From an uncultured Candidatus Saccharibacteria bacterium (GTDB taxonomy: Bacteria; Patescibacteriota; Minisyncoccia; 2-02-FULL-40-12; GWA2-44-9), in NCBI GenBank assembly GCA_964444955.1, contig CAYUJB010000003.1, forward strand, positions 1-57,723: DNA of 57,723 nucleotides. The letters are read 5' to 3'. Each line of letters starts with the position of its first letter. The stretch's first letter is position 1. The translations under genes and the position numbers were made by a program. This document shows positions 47,109 through 56,025 of this stretch, one piece after another. The notes beneath the pieces were generated by a model. It had not been told where the DNA came from. It saw only the letters and a list, made by a program, of their open reading frames with translations, and did no database searches.

Positions 47109-47663
47109 ATGACCGACACGAAGACACTCACTTCGGTCAATAATGCCCTCAAGGAGAAGTTCAAGGGCAGAAAGCTCGTCTTTGGACAGGGCGCTGTTGG
47201 CGCGAAGGTGGTTGTCGTAAGTGAGATGCTTGGAGTACACGGAGAAAAAGATGGCGCACCCGTCGGGGGCCCTCACCTTAAGCTCCTCAACAAACTACTG
47301 CGTGACGCTGGTATTGATCGCAAGAAGGTGTATGTCACCAACGTGGTAAAGTACCGCCCGGACGAAGATAAGCCGCCAACGCCGAAAGAAATCAAGAGTC
47401 ATGCTACATTCCTGAAAGAGGAGATTCGAACCGTAAATCCAGAAATCGTCGTGACGCTTGGGAGTCTCGCCCTCAATGGCGTAGGACTTCGCATCCCCGT
47501 CGAAAATGTACATGGACGCACCTTCCCTTTGGGAGGTTATCGCCTGCTGCCCACTTTTCATCCCGAGCGAGCCCTGCGCGACCCAAGCGCGAAGACGCTC
47601 CTGGAAGCGGACTTCGCAAAACTCAAAGAGCTCTTCAAGCTCCCTAAACTGGAAGCAAACTAA
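47109..47663 (+). CDS. Uracil-DNA glycosylase family 4-like protein
   Basis: VYVTNVVKYRP, EIRTVNPEIVVTLG and TFHP. Motif A is atypical (SEMLG). Confidence 0.85.
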   Translation: MTDTKTLTSVNNALKEKFKGRKLVFGQGAVGAKVVVVSEMLGVHGEKDGAPVGGPHLKLLNKLLRDAGIDRKKVYVTNVVKYRPDEDKPPTPKEIKSHATFLKEEIRTVNPEIVVTLGSLALNGVGLRIPVENVHGRTFPLGGYRLLPTFHPERALRDPSAKTLLEADFAKLKELFKLPKLEAN

Positions 47664-47685
47664 CGCCTCTCCTCACGGAGGGGTT

Positions 47686-48687
47686 TTAGTTTGCCTTCTT
47701 TCTGCGCAACACGCGTGTCGTTGCGGCAACAATGTTCACTGCGTTGAGTCCAAATTTTTCCATAAGCTCCGCCGGTGTCCCAGATTCTCCAAAACGATCG
47801 TGCACGCCGATGAATTCCATAGGTACCGGGCATTCTTGCGCGAGCAATTCTGCGACTGCCGAACCCATACCGCCTGCCATCTGATGTTCTTCAGCCGTTA
47901 CGACCGCTCCGCATTGCTTCGCCGCTTTCAAAAGCGTTTCCGTATCCAGTGGCTTAATGGTGTGATTATTAATCACCGTTGCCTGAATCCCCTTGGCCTC
48001 CAAAAGCACCGCGGCTCGAAGCGCCTCGTATACCATGGTGCCGCAGGCAATAATGACTACATCCTTGCCATCGCGCAGCACGTTCGCTATGCCAACGGCA
48101 AACGGAGTTTCGGGTACGGTGATTACGGGGGATTTTTCTCGGCTCAGGCGCAGGTACGATGGCTGATCATTGCCAGCAAGTTCGAGTGTCGCCTTCTGCG
48201 CCTCGATGGCATCACAGGGCACCACGACCACCATGCGGGGGAGTACGCGCATCAGTGCAATATCTTCGAGCGCCTGGTGCGTTGCGCCGTCAGGCCCTAC
48301 ACTCACACCCGCATGAGCGCCTATGATCTTGACCGGCATATTGTTCAGACAGATGTTGGTCCTGATCTGCTCATTATTCCGACCAGGACTAAAGGTAGCG
48401 TAGCTTGCGATGAACGGAATCTTGCCAGCCGCCGCCATACCCGATGCAATAACAGCAAGATTTTGCTCAGCAATCCCCACCTGAAAAAAGCGATGAGGAA
48501 ACTTCTCAGCGAACCAGTGACTCCGCGTACTCTCGGTCAGATCCGCGCACAGTACGACGACGCGTTCATCCGCCACACCGGCGAGCACCACCCCATGACC
48601 GTACCCATCGCGAATGGGCACCTGCTCCAGTTTTGCTGGATGCGCAACATCCGCTAAAGGTATCAACGGCGTATGCTTTTTCTTCAT
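47686..48687 (-). CDS. Transketolase, C-terminal (pyrimidine-binding) subunit
   Basis: ADLTEST, VGIAEQN, GPDGATHQ and AEEHQ. Confidence 0.95.
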   Translation of the reverse strand: MKKKHTPLIPLADVAHPAKLEQVPIRDGYGHGVVLAGVADERVVVLCADLTESTRSHWFAEKFPHRFFQVGIAEQNLAVIASGMAAAGKIPFIASYATFSPGRNNEQIRTNICLNNMPVKIIGAHAGVSVGPDGATHQALEDIALMRVLPRMVVVVPCDAIEAQKATLELAGNDQPSYLRLSREKSPVITVPETPFAVGIANVLRDGKDVVIIACGTMVYEALRAAVLLEAKGIQATVINNHTIKPLDTETLLKAAKQCGAVVTAEEHQMAGGMGSAVAELLAQECPVPMEFIGVHDRFGESGTPAELMEKFGLNAVNIVAATTRVLRRKKAN

Positions 48688-48689
48688 GG

Positions 48690-49064
48690 TTAACGGGGAC
48701 TGCAGGCACCACAGATATTAGAAACGACTGAGGCCTCAGCGTGGGCATCCAGTAGGGCACGGCACACTGAGCGCTGTCCGGGATTTTGGCACGCATCATC
48801 ACCTAGCGGGCTTGCATATGATCCACTAAAATCGATGCGAAATAGACCCGGAGCAGTCGGTAGTCCATTGGTGATCGTCGCGTAGAGCTCTTTTTTGTCA
48901 GGTCGCGCGAGCGAGCTCTTCTCGATTGTCGTCATAATAAATGCCATACGCTTCTGGGCGGCTGATTGGATGTCGCTTGCCTGTATATACTGCAGCCCTG
49001 CGAACAGAAAAGCCGCAGCTGCCAGAGCGAACATGATATTGGGGAAGATTTGTCGTTTATCCAT
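48690..49064 (-). CDS. Small membrane-anchored Cys-rich protein A (start revised)
   Basis: N-terminal TM; IDFSGS...C...QRSVC...CGAC. Flush with both neighbours. Confidence 0.7.
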   Translation of the reverse strand: MDKRQIFPNIMFALAAAAFLFAGLQYIQASDIQSAAQKRMAFIMTTIEKSSLARPDKKELYATITNGLPTAPGLFRIDFSGSYASPLGDDACQNPGQRSVCRALLDAHAEASVVSNICGACSPR

Positions 49065-49069
49065 AGGGT

Positions 49070-49498
49070 TTATTGAAAGCACACTACACAAGACTTGATC
49101 GCATCTCCTGGAACGACAGCTCTCAACTGTGCGCATGCTTCTGGACTGGTCGTTCGTTGTGCGCAGGTCATATTGATGCGAGCAACCTCACGAGCGGTCT
49201 GAATGCACGCCGATCGCTGTGCGACCGTGCAGCTCCCCGATGATGTAGGAGCGCCGGCGCTCGAGCTTGAGAAATCCAGAACGGGAGCTGGAGCTCCGAG
49301 AGATGCTGTAGCAGCGTCGAGGAGTGTTGCCTTCGCCGATGATGTGAGCGGAGCCGCACCAACTACACCCATCATGCGGTACGCCTGTTCATAGGCAAAT
49401 TCGCGTGCATTGCCCGCTTCGACGTTTTTGTACACTCCAAAACAGAGGGACAGTATCGCCACCAGCACTGAAAATATCATGGTAATGTCTCGTTTCAT
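49070..49498 (-). CDS. Small membrane-anchored Cys-rich protein B (paralogue of A)
   Basis: N-terminal TM; LDFSSS...C...QRSAC...CVVC. Starts 1 nt after the transketolase-N stop. Confidence 0.72.
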   Translation of the reverse strand: MKRDITMIFSVLVAILSLCFGVYKNVEAGNAREFAYEQAYRMMGVVGAAPLTSSAKATLLDAATASLGAPAPVLDFSSSSAGAPTSSGSCTVAQRSACIQTAREVARINMTCAQRTTSPEACAQLRAVVPGDAIKSCVVCFQ

Positions 49499-49499
49499 A

Positions 49500-50384
49500 T
49501 TATTGATGTTCGCTTTCTATTTTACCATGAAGTGTGCGAAGTTCATGCAAGAATGTCTTTGCCTCGTCGGGTTTGGGGGGAATGCCATGCCATTTGTAAT
49601 CAAATTCTATCTCCTTAATTCCCTTTCCAGGAATCGTATGCACAATGATAACCGTCGGCTTCTCATAGATCGCCTTGGCTTCCTGCACCGCATCGACGAA
49701 TGCCTCGATATTGTGGCCATCTACTTCCAGCACATGCCAATTAAACGCCTGCCACTTTGCACGCAGTGACTCCAGCGGCATCACGTCTTCGGTCATGCCA
49801 TCAATCTGAATGTTGTTACGATCCACGATCACGGTGAGGTTGGAGAGGCGATACTTGCCCGCCAGCATTACTGACTCCCAGACGATGCCCTCATCGAGCT
49901 CTCCGTCTCCCATGGTGCAATAGGTGCGCCACGGTTGCGCCGCCTGCCTGCCGGCAGGCAGGTCCATACGCGCCACCAACGCCATACCGATAGCTTGGCC
50001 GAGTCCGGAGCCCAGAGGTCCCGAGGTCGTCTCGAGTCCCGGCAGGCGCTCGCGCTCGGGATGCCCCTGCAGACGTGTGCCCAGCTTGCGAAGAGACAGG
50101 AGCTCGGAGATGGGGAAGTACCCCGCATGCGCCATCGCTGCGTATCGTACGGGTGCGATATGCCCATTGGATTGCACAAACCTGTCGCGATCGGGCATGT
50201 CGGGATTCTTCGGGTCATGATGGAGCACGTGAAAATACATCGCTGTAAACACATCGGCCATACCCAACGGCCCTGCCGTGTGTCCCGAACCTGCGGCCAC
50301 GAGCATCTCAACGATACTCTGGCGTATCTCGTTTGCCTTGAGTTCGAGCTCGACTACTTTTGCTTCGGAAATATATTCAGACAT
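49500..50384 (-). CDS. Transketolase, N-terminal (TPP-binding) subunit
   Basis: GSGHTAG, LQGHP, GDGELDEG...DRN and WHG. Carries an LPAGRQ insert from the palindromic element. Confidence 0.95.
   Translation of the reverse strand: MSEYISEAKVVELELKANEIRQSIVEMLVAAGSGHTAGPLGMADVFTAMYFHVLHHDPKNPDMPDRDRFVQSNGHIAPVRYAAMAHAGYFPISELLSLRKLGTRLQGHPERERLPGLETTSGPLGSGLGQAIGMALVARMDLPAGRQAAQPWRTYCTMGDGELDEGIVWESVMLAGKYRLSNLTVIVDRNNIQIDGMTEDVMPLESLRAKWQAFNWHVLEVDGHNIEAFVDAVQEAKAIYEKPTVIIVHTIPGKGIKEIEFDYKWHGIPPKPDEAKTFLHELRTLHGKIESEHQ
49943..49962. repeat. Palindromic element, copy 5 (inside the transketolase CDS)
   Basis: cctgcctgccggcaggcagg, read as D-L-P-A-G-R-Q-A on the minus strand. Confidence 0.92.
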
Positions 50385-50388
50385 AGCG

Positions 50389-50649
50389 TCATCTACTCAA
50401 CTCATGGCCAAGCGGCGAGCAGCCCGCATATACGTAGGTCCATCCCTGGCCCTCGACGGGATGCCCATGAAATCCAATACACTGATCACGAGTAAGAGAA
50501 AAACCGTAAAGCAGAAAGACACCTCCATTCTGTGGGCAGACGTCTCCAAAACATACGCGGCGTATCCTAAACGGAAATATGAACAAAAAAACTAGCAAGA
50601 TTAGGAACCCAATTGCCAGTCTAGAAATAAGTTTCTTATTGAGAGGCAT
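50389..50649 (-). CDS. Small membrane-anchored protein with four Cys
   Basis: N-terminal TM then CFGDVC...DQC...AGC; stop 4 nt before the transketolase start. Confidence 0.65.
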   Translation of the reverse strand: MPLNKKLISRLAIGFLILLVFLFIFPFRIRRVCFGDVCPQNGGVFLLYGFSLTRDQCIGFHGHPVEGQGWTYVYAGCSPLGHELSR

Positions 50650-50661
50650 GGACTCAGGTTA

Positions 50662-50782
50662 GAACTTTTAGATTTGAGCGGGATGCAAGGCGCAAGCGAG
50701 GAGCGAACCGAGCCGTACAGAGACGGTACGGTGAGGGAGCACCAGAGCTTGCAACGAAGCAGGTCGCCAAATATAAAAGTTC
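50662..50782. mobile_element. MITE-like element (about 121 bp) with imperfect terminal inverted repeats
   Basis: Left end gaacttttagatttgagcg versus reverse complement of the right end gaacttttatatttggcg; internal hairpin ccgtac-agagacg-gtacgg. Confidence 0.55.
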
Positions 50783-51809
50783 ATAGTGAAGCGACACACT
50801 TTAAGACATGCAGAACAAGCGAATTAGTATACCCAAACTCATTGTCGTACCACGCATACACACAGCACAAATCACCATCCACGACTTTGGTAAGCGAGAG
50901 ATCGGCAATCGAGCCGTGAGGATCGCCAATGATATCGCTGGAGACGAGCTGGTCGTGGGTCACGGTAAAAATACCCTTCCAGCGAGGATCGGCAGCAGCT
51001 TCTTCGAGCAGTGTGTTAATCTCTTCGACCGTCGTCTTATGCTTCGCGATAAAGGTGATGGCTGACAGCGAGCCGGTGGCTGTGGGAACTCGGATAGCGA
51101 CGCCATCAAACTTGCCCGCCATCTCGGTCAACGCGCGAGCAACTGCAATCGCCGAACCCGTCGTTGAGGGGACGATGTTGGTGGCTGCAGCGCGACCGCG
51201 ACGGAAGTCTGAACCCTTCACGGGTCCGTCGGCAATATTTTGGGTTGTGGTATACGAATGCACCGTATTCAGAAATGCTTTCTTCACGCCAAGCTTCTCA
51301 GACAAGATCTGGAGTGGGGGTGCAGCGGATACGGTTGTGCATGAACCGTTCGACGACAGCACGCATGTTTTGATGTCGTCTTCGTTGACGCCCATAAGCA
51401 CGGTTTTGGCATCGTCGCCGTCTTCGTCTTTGGCGGGCGCAGTGAGCACCACGCGCTTGGCGCCGGCGGTGATATGCACCCGGGCCTTCTCGAAGCTCTC
51501 AAAGACTCCTGTAGACTCAATAACGATATCGATATCCAGATCGCCCCATGGGAGATGGGTGGGTTCTTTCTCTTGCAAGAAGAGGATGCGCCGATCACCG
51601 ATGGTGAGATACCGGCGACCATCAGATTCGTCGACGCTTACCACTTGATTGTAACGTCCGTAGGCGGAATCATAGCGGAGAAGGTAGGCGAGATTCTCGG
51701 GGTCACCCAAATCGTTAATCGCGACTACATTGAGCTCTGCATGATTGAGCGCGAGCTTGAGGAAAGCTCTGCCGATACGACCGAAGCCATTGATTGCAAT
51801 GTTTGCCAT
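50781..51809 (-). CDS. gap: Glyceraldehyde-3-phosphate dehydrogenase, type I
   Basis: INGFGRIGR, SNGSCTT catalytic Cys and WYDNEFGY. Confidence 0.98.
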   Translation of the reverse strand: MANIAINGFGRIGRAFLKLALNHAELNVVAINDLGDPENLAYLLRYDSAYGRYNQVVSVDESDGRRYLTIGDRRILFLQEKEPTHLPWGDLDIDIVIESTGVFESFEKARVHITAGAKRVVLTAPAKDEDGDDAKTVLMGVNEDDIKTCVLSSNGSCTTVSAAPPLQILSEKLGVKKAFLNTVHSYTTTQNIADGPVKGSDFRRGRAAATNIVPSTTGSAIAVARALTEMAGKFDGVAIRVPTATGSLSAITFIAKHKTTVEEINTLLEEAAADPRWKGIFTVTHDQLVSSDIIGDPHGSIADLSLTKVVDGDLCCVYAWYDNEFGYTNSLVLHVLKCVASL

Positions 51810-51870
51810 ATCTTATTTTATCACGCTTCTGGGGAAGAAAATCCCGCCTGTTCATAAGGCGGGGTGTGCG

Positions 51871-52437
51871 TCACAGCGAGGCGCGGAGTGATTTGGTGGC
51901 ATCGTGATCCCTGTCGGGTAGAGGCCTCGGCCACGCTGGCGGCGGAACGGGCACAATGTAGGGACGGGGCTTAAAAAGATCGACCCACCCACGAGCGCTG
52001 GGTTTTCCATCGGGTCCAGACCCACAGAGCATGAGGCCGTTGAGACTCCCCAGCGTGTCACAGACGCGACCATCTTTGTCACAGGCAAAATAGTACGTTT
52101 GTTCCCAGATCCGGGGAACAGCATCACGATTCTGGTACACAATCGAAACGGTAATTCCTTCGGGTACCGCCATGATAAATGCAAAGTGCGGGACGTGAAT
52201 GACGCGAGAGGGGGCACGAACTGCAGTAAACGAAAGAACCTTTGTCTGGGGGCCGATCACTCCCAAAAGTTCAATCTGGCCGTACCGACCAAAATCCATC
52301 CCAATCGATGTGATCTTATGAGACGCCATCGCAGCAGTCCAAATAAAAAATCCACACGTGATAAGGAGCAGCGCAGCAAAGGTGCAGTCTCGCATGAGAC
52401 GCCCAAAACTCTTCAAGCGGACATAGGTCGGTGCCAT
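51871..52437 (-). CDS. Hypothetical single-TM protein with Pro-rich tail (start revised)
   Basis: SD GGAGG before MAPTYV; terminator cccgcc...ggcggg after the stop. Confidence 0.6.
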   Translation of the reverse strand: MAPTYVRLKSFGRLMRDCTFAALLLITCGFFIWTAAMASHKITSIGMDFGRYGQIELLGVIGPQTKVLSFTAVRAPSRVIHVPHFAFIMAVPEGITVSIVYQNRDAVPRIWEQTYYFACDKDGRVCDTLGSLNGLMLCGSGPDGKPSARGWVDLFKPRPYIVPVPPPAWPRPLPDRDHDATKSLRASL

Positions 52438-52490
52438 GGCTACCTTCCTCCATAAAAAGTACAAGTTACCGAATGCTACTCCCGATACTC

Positions 52491-53132
52491 TTAGGAAGCA
52501 ACGCCACGAAACGAACGTCGGTGGAGTGGGGAAGGCCCGTGTATTGCCAGCTGGCGATAGTGCAGAACCGTGCCATAGCCCTTGTGGTGCTCAAAGCCGT
52601 AGCCGGGGTAACGAAGGGAGGCACGCACCATGAGCGCATCGCGATGCACCTTGGCAAGAATGGAGGCACATGCGATGAGAAACACGCGACGATCGCCACC
52701 CACGATGGATCGTTGTGGATATGCGATATCAGGAATACTGCGATTTCCATCAACGAGAACACGAGGACTCTCAGGTCGCATAATGTTTATCACCCGCTCG
52801 ATTGCCTTCTTCATGCCGCGATGCGATGCGTGGAGCACATTGTAGCGATCCACATCTCGTGGAGACACGACGGCTACTGATGATACGATGCCCGAACACA
52901 CTGCTAATCGCTCAGCGAGATTCTCGCGCTGAGCGACGGAAAGCAACTTGGAATCGCGCACTCCTGCTAGTTCCCTATGGATCGCATCAAAAAATGAAGC
53001 TTGTAGTGCCACCGCACACACGACGACGGGTCCCGCAAGACATCCCATGCCAACCTCGTCGATGCCCACGACACAATCATCGCCTGCACGAAAAGCGTTT
53101 CGCTCAAATGTTGTGCTCGGCTTTTTATACAT
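52491..53132 (-). CDS. rnhB: Ribonuclease HII (start revised to MYKKP)
   Basis: GIDEVG..CLAGPV, DSK, VDGN, AXASILAKV.RD and KGYGT..H. Confidence 0.95.
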   Translation of the reverse strand: MYKKPSTTFERNAFRAGDDCVVGIDEVGMGCLAGPVVVCAVALQASFFDAIHRELAGVRDSKLLSVAQRENLAERLAVCSGIVSSVAVVSPRDVDRYNVLHASHRGMKKAIERVINIMRPESPRVLVDGNRSIPDIAYPQRSIVGGDRRVFLIACASILAKVHRDALMVRASLRYPGYGFEHHKGYGTVLHYRQLAIHGPSPLHRRSFRGVAS

Positions 53133-53163
53133 AGAATTAAAACGTCGCAACAACGTCGAGATG

Positions 53164-53703
53164 CTACTTCCAGCGCCGCGTAAACTCGTACAACGCGATA
53201 CCAAGCGCCACTGATACATTGAGCGATTCTTTGCCACCGCGCATTGGAATACGCACTACGCTATCTACATTATGCGACGTTGCGGTGCTCACCCCTTCCA
53301 CTTCATTGCCAACCACGACAGCGAGGGGCCAACGCGGTTTGATCTTGCGATAATCGACAGACGTATCCCCCGTCTCTAAGGCGAGCACCTGCACGCCCCG
53401 CTCCCGAAGTCTCCGCGCCGCATCCCCCACGTGCTTCACGCGCCTCCACGGCACAGTTGCCTCCGCTCCCAGCGCCGTTTTGTGTATTCTCTCAGGATGC
53501 GTATCCGGCCCAGGAGTGAACCCGGTCAACACGATCTCCCCCACTCCCACTGCATCGGCAGTGCGAAAAGCGGAGCCGACATTGTGCACACTGCGTACAT
53601 TATCAAGGACGAGTGTCAGTCGTGGAGAGGGTCGCTGGGGCACGTGTATTTTCTTGTTTTTTGTGGTAGAATGCACGGAAAGAGTACCAATTAACCTCCT
53701 CAT
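53164..53703 (-). CDS. TrmH/SpoU family RNA methyltransferase
   Basis: LDNVRSVHNVGSAFRTAD, GNEVEG and ESLNVS. The true start may be GTG at 53676. Confidence 0.92.
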   Translation of the reverse strand: MRRLIGTLSVHSTTKNKKIHVPQRPSPRLTLVLDNVRSVHNVGSAFRTADAVGVGEIVLTGFTPGPDTHPERIHKTALGAEATVPWRRVKHVGDAARRLRERGVQVLALETGDTSVDYRKIKPRWPLAVVVGNEVEGVSTATSHNVDSVVRIPMRGGKESLNVSVALGIALYEFTRRWK

Positions 53704-53706
53704 ACT

Positions 53707-54459
53707 ATGCTAGAAAAATTTCAGAAGCAATTGCAGGTCGGCGGGTGGCTCCTGGTCGCTGTGCTTGGGTTGTTGGCCCTTTGGCTGATGCAGAGTGTTC
53801 GCACCATGGATAAACCAGCCAATATCGTCAACACATTCTCGGTCAACGGTACCGGCAAAGTTTCAGCATCGCCCGATATCGGTGTAGCTGACGTCGCCAT
53901 CAGTGTCGAAGCAGCAACAGCGATAGCCGCGCAAGATGAGGCCAACAAGAAATCAAAGACTGTTGTTGAATACCTCAAAAACACGGGCATCAAATCGGAA
54001 GATATCAAGACGAGCGGCTACAACATCTACCCCCAATATGACTACACGAGTGGCCGCAGTTACATCCGTGGCTACCAAGTCACCCAGTCGCTCACCATCA
54101 AGATCCGTGACCTCGATAAGACGAACACCATCATTGATGGCGTCGTTGATGCGGGTGCCAATCAAGTAAGCTCAGTACGATTTGAAATCGATGAGCCACA
54201 AGAAATCCGCGCTGAAGCTCGTGAGAAAGCCATCGCAGAAGCAAAGCAGAAAGCGGATGACCTAGCCGATCAGCTCGGTATTCGTATCGGAGATGTGGTG
54301 AGCTTTTATGAATCAAATGAAAGCTATCCGATGATGTACGCAACGGGTATGGGCGGTGGCGGCGATGCCATGAAAGCCCAGTCCATTCCTGCACCAGAAC
54401 TCCCGACTGGCCAGAATGAAGTCTCGGTCAGTGTGACCATCACGTACCAGATTCGTTAA
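53707..54459 (+). CDS. SIMPL (DUF541) domain protein
   Basis: VNGTGKVSASPD, EDIKTSGYNIYPQYDY and AREKAIAEAKQKA. Confidence 0.92.
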   Translation: MLEKFQKQLQVGGWLLVAVLGLLALWLMQSVRTMDKPANIVNTFSVNGTGKVSASPDIGVADVAISVEAATAIAAQDEANKKSKTVVEYLKNTGIKSEDIKTSGYNIYPQYDYTSGRSYIRGYQVTQSLTIKIRDLDKTNTIIDGVVDAGANQVSSVRFEIDEPQEIRAEAREKAIAEAKQKADDLADQLGIRIGDVVSFYESNESYPMMYATGMGGGGDAMKAQSIPAPELPTGQNEVSVSVTITYQIR

Positions 54460-54516
54460 GTGGCGACGAGAGTCCGCAACAAAAAAGAGCACCCATGGGG
54501 GTGCTCTTGCCGCATG

Positions 54517-54888
54517 CTACGATTCGGCAAATGCGCTCACTGACTTGAATGCCTTCTGAGCATCATTCTCGGATGCTTGTCGCGAGCCGCGAACACGCCG
54601 GAGAGCATGCTTTAAAACTCGCTCTTGCGACTCAAGCTGTTTTCTTTTCTTGAGGTACGTCCGCGCAGCTGCAATCGCTTCATCGGACACAGTCACCGTT
54701 CGTTCCAATACCGTTGCCTCGGTGCCCGAGGGCGGGAAAGCCGTACACTCCCTGACGTACTTCACCCTGCTCAGTGGCGCCCACTGAAACAGGAGCTGAG
54801 CATCCGGGACCCACAGCGCATTGAAAGTCTTTGGTCGACGGCCATTCACTTCATCGATGGAAAACGACGTGCCGTTCACGACGCGCAC
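54517..54888 (-). CDS. Hypothetical protein (123 aa)
   Basis: ORF ending at a shared terminator (gagcacc...ggtgctc). Confidence 0.5.
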   Translation of the reverse strand: MRVVNGTSFSIDEVNGRRPKTFNALWVPDAQLLFQWAPLSRVKYVRECTAFPPSGTEATVLERTVTVSDEAIAAARTYLKKRKQLESQERVLKHALRRVRGSRQASENDAQKAFKSVSAFAES

Positions 54889-54946
54889 CTATGCACATAA
54901 ATGAACATACTGCCTCCCTTTCGAAGCGAGAATACCACGTGAGTGC

Positions 54947-55456
54947 CTATCTGGCAATAGTGCCGACGCGAGCGCTGATCACATCGCGGAGTGCCTCCGG
55001 ATTGGCAATCTGATCGATGACAAACTCTTCTTGTGCACCCGCCGACTGCACCACGACGCTGCCGTATTTAAAAAGCGTCCCCACCACCCCCTGCACATGC
55101 GTGGTGATGTCCTGGACACGGTCCAGGCGAATGATGGAGATGTTGCGGTCAAAGAGTCGCTGGTAATCGATATCGATGATGCGCTTGGTGGTCACCACCC
55201 AGATGTCCATGTAGTAGGTGGTCCAAAACTGCCAGAAGATTGCCCACAACACCACTCCCCACAGCGACCAGAGCGTGAGTGTAGCGGCCCACGAGGGCGC
55301 CAGCGGCATGATAATGCCCACACGCACCAGAAGCTCAACGACAAGAATCGGAAGCAGCGCGAGAAAGAGTAGCCCAACGATACGTAGCGCAATAAAAAGC
55401 CAGTGCCGATGAACCTTGGTCACAATCTCCTCCCCTTCTTCCATGGGTAGATACAT
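54947..55456 (-). CDS. Bacterial PH-domain membrane protein
   Basis: HRHW, two TM segments, then WVVTTKRIIDI...RVQDIT...YGSVVVQSAG. Confidence 0.88.
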   Translation of the reverse strand: MYLPMEEGEEIVTKVHRHWLFIALRIVGLLFLALLPILVVELLVRVGIIMPLAPSWAATLTLWSLWGVVLWAIFWQFWTTYYMDIWVVTTKRIIDIDYQRLFDRNISIIRLDRVQDITTHVQGVVGTLFKYGSVVVQSAGAQEEFVIDQIANPEALRDVISARVGTIAR

Positions 55457-55465
55457 GGCGATGCT

Positions 55466-55753
55466 TTATGCAAACAATACTCCCAGCACGGAGAGCCCTA
55501 AAAATACGGCCAGACCAGCAACGTAGATGTACTCGGCACGATGAAAAATGTCGTGCTCGAAAGGAAATCGGCGCCAGTGATACACCAACACCACCGTGAC
55601 TGCAGCAATAAAAATCCCCACCAGAGAGGTGAGTACCACCAAGACAAGGGGCGAAATATCAATCGTGAGGGGTAGTGTCGCCCATGAACCTGCTAGATCA
55701 GAAAGACCCGCAGGAGCTATCGGTGGGATGTAGGGAGATGCGAGTGCAGCCAC
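55466..55753 (-). CDS. Small 2-TM hypothetical protein (probable leaderless GTG start)
   Basis: GTG lies exactly 6 nt after an extended -10 (TG-G-TATACT, 55760-55768). Confidence 0.6.
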   Translation of the reverse strand: MAALASPYIPPIAPAGLSDLAGSWATLPLTIDISPLVLVVLTSLVGIFIAAVTVVLVYHWRRFPFEHDIFHRAEYIYVAGLAVFLGLSVLGVLFA

Positions 55754-55773
55754 CTCCAAAGTATACCACACCC

Positions 55774-56009
55774 AAAAAAGGGCCCGGGGACGAATCCCCG
55801 GGCCGAACGACACGATCTATTGCGCACGACGCGCATGGGGGGGGCACTATGAACGGATCCCCAATCCTTCAGTGCAACGAAGCACGTTGCTGTACTGATG
55901 ATTATTCCGCCGTTGTCACCCCAACGGTAGGTCGGTGGTAATCGTACCACCCAGACGGGACAAAGCTCGATCAGAGCCAACGCACCTACGGGTCCCGCCG
56001 CCGAACAAC
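55774..56009 (-). ncRNA. Candidate structured non-coding RNA (about 235 nt)
   Basis: Extended -10 TGTGGTATACT at 56016-56026, dense hairpins, terminal stem ggcccgggga/tccccgggcc plus U6. No convincing ORF. Confidence 0.55.
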
Positions 56010-56025
56010 TCACCAAGTATACCAC

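Noticed and set aside
55915-56005. HDV-like ribozyme within the candidate ncRNA
   Set aside because: Stem order is similar, but the P3/L3 segment is too long and J4/2 is a single G with no catalytic C.
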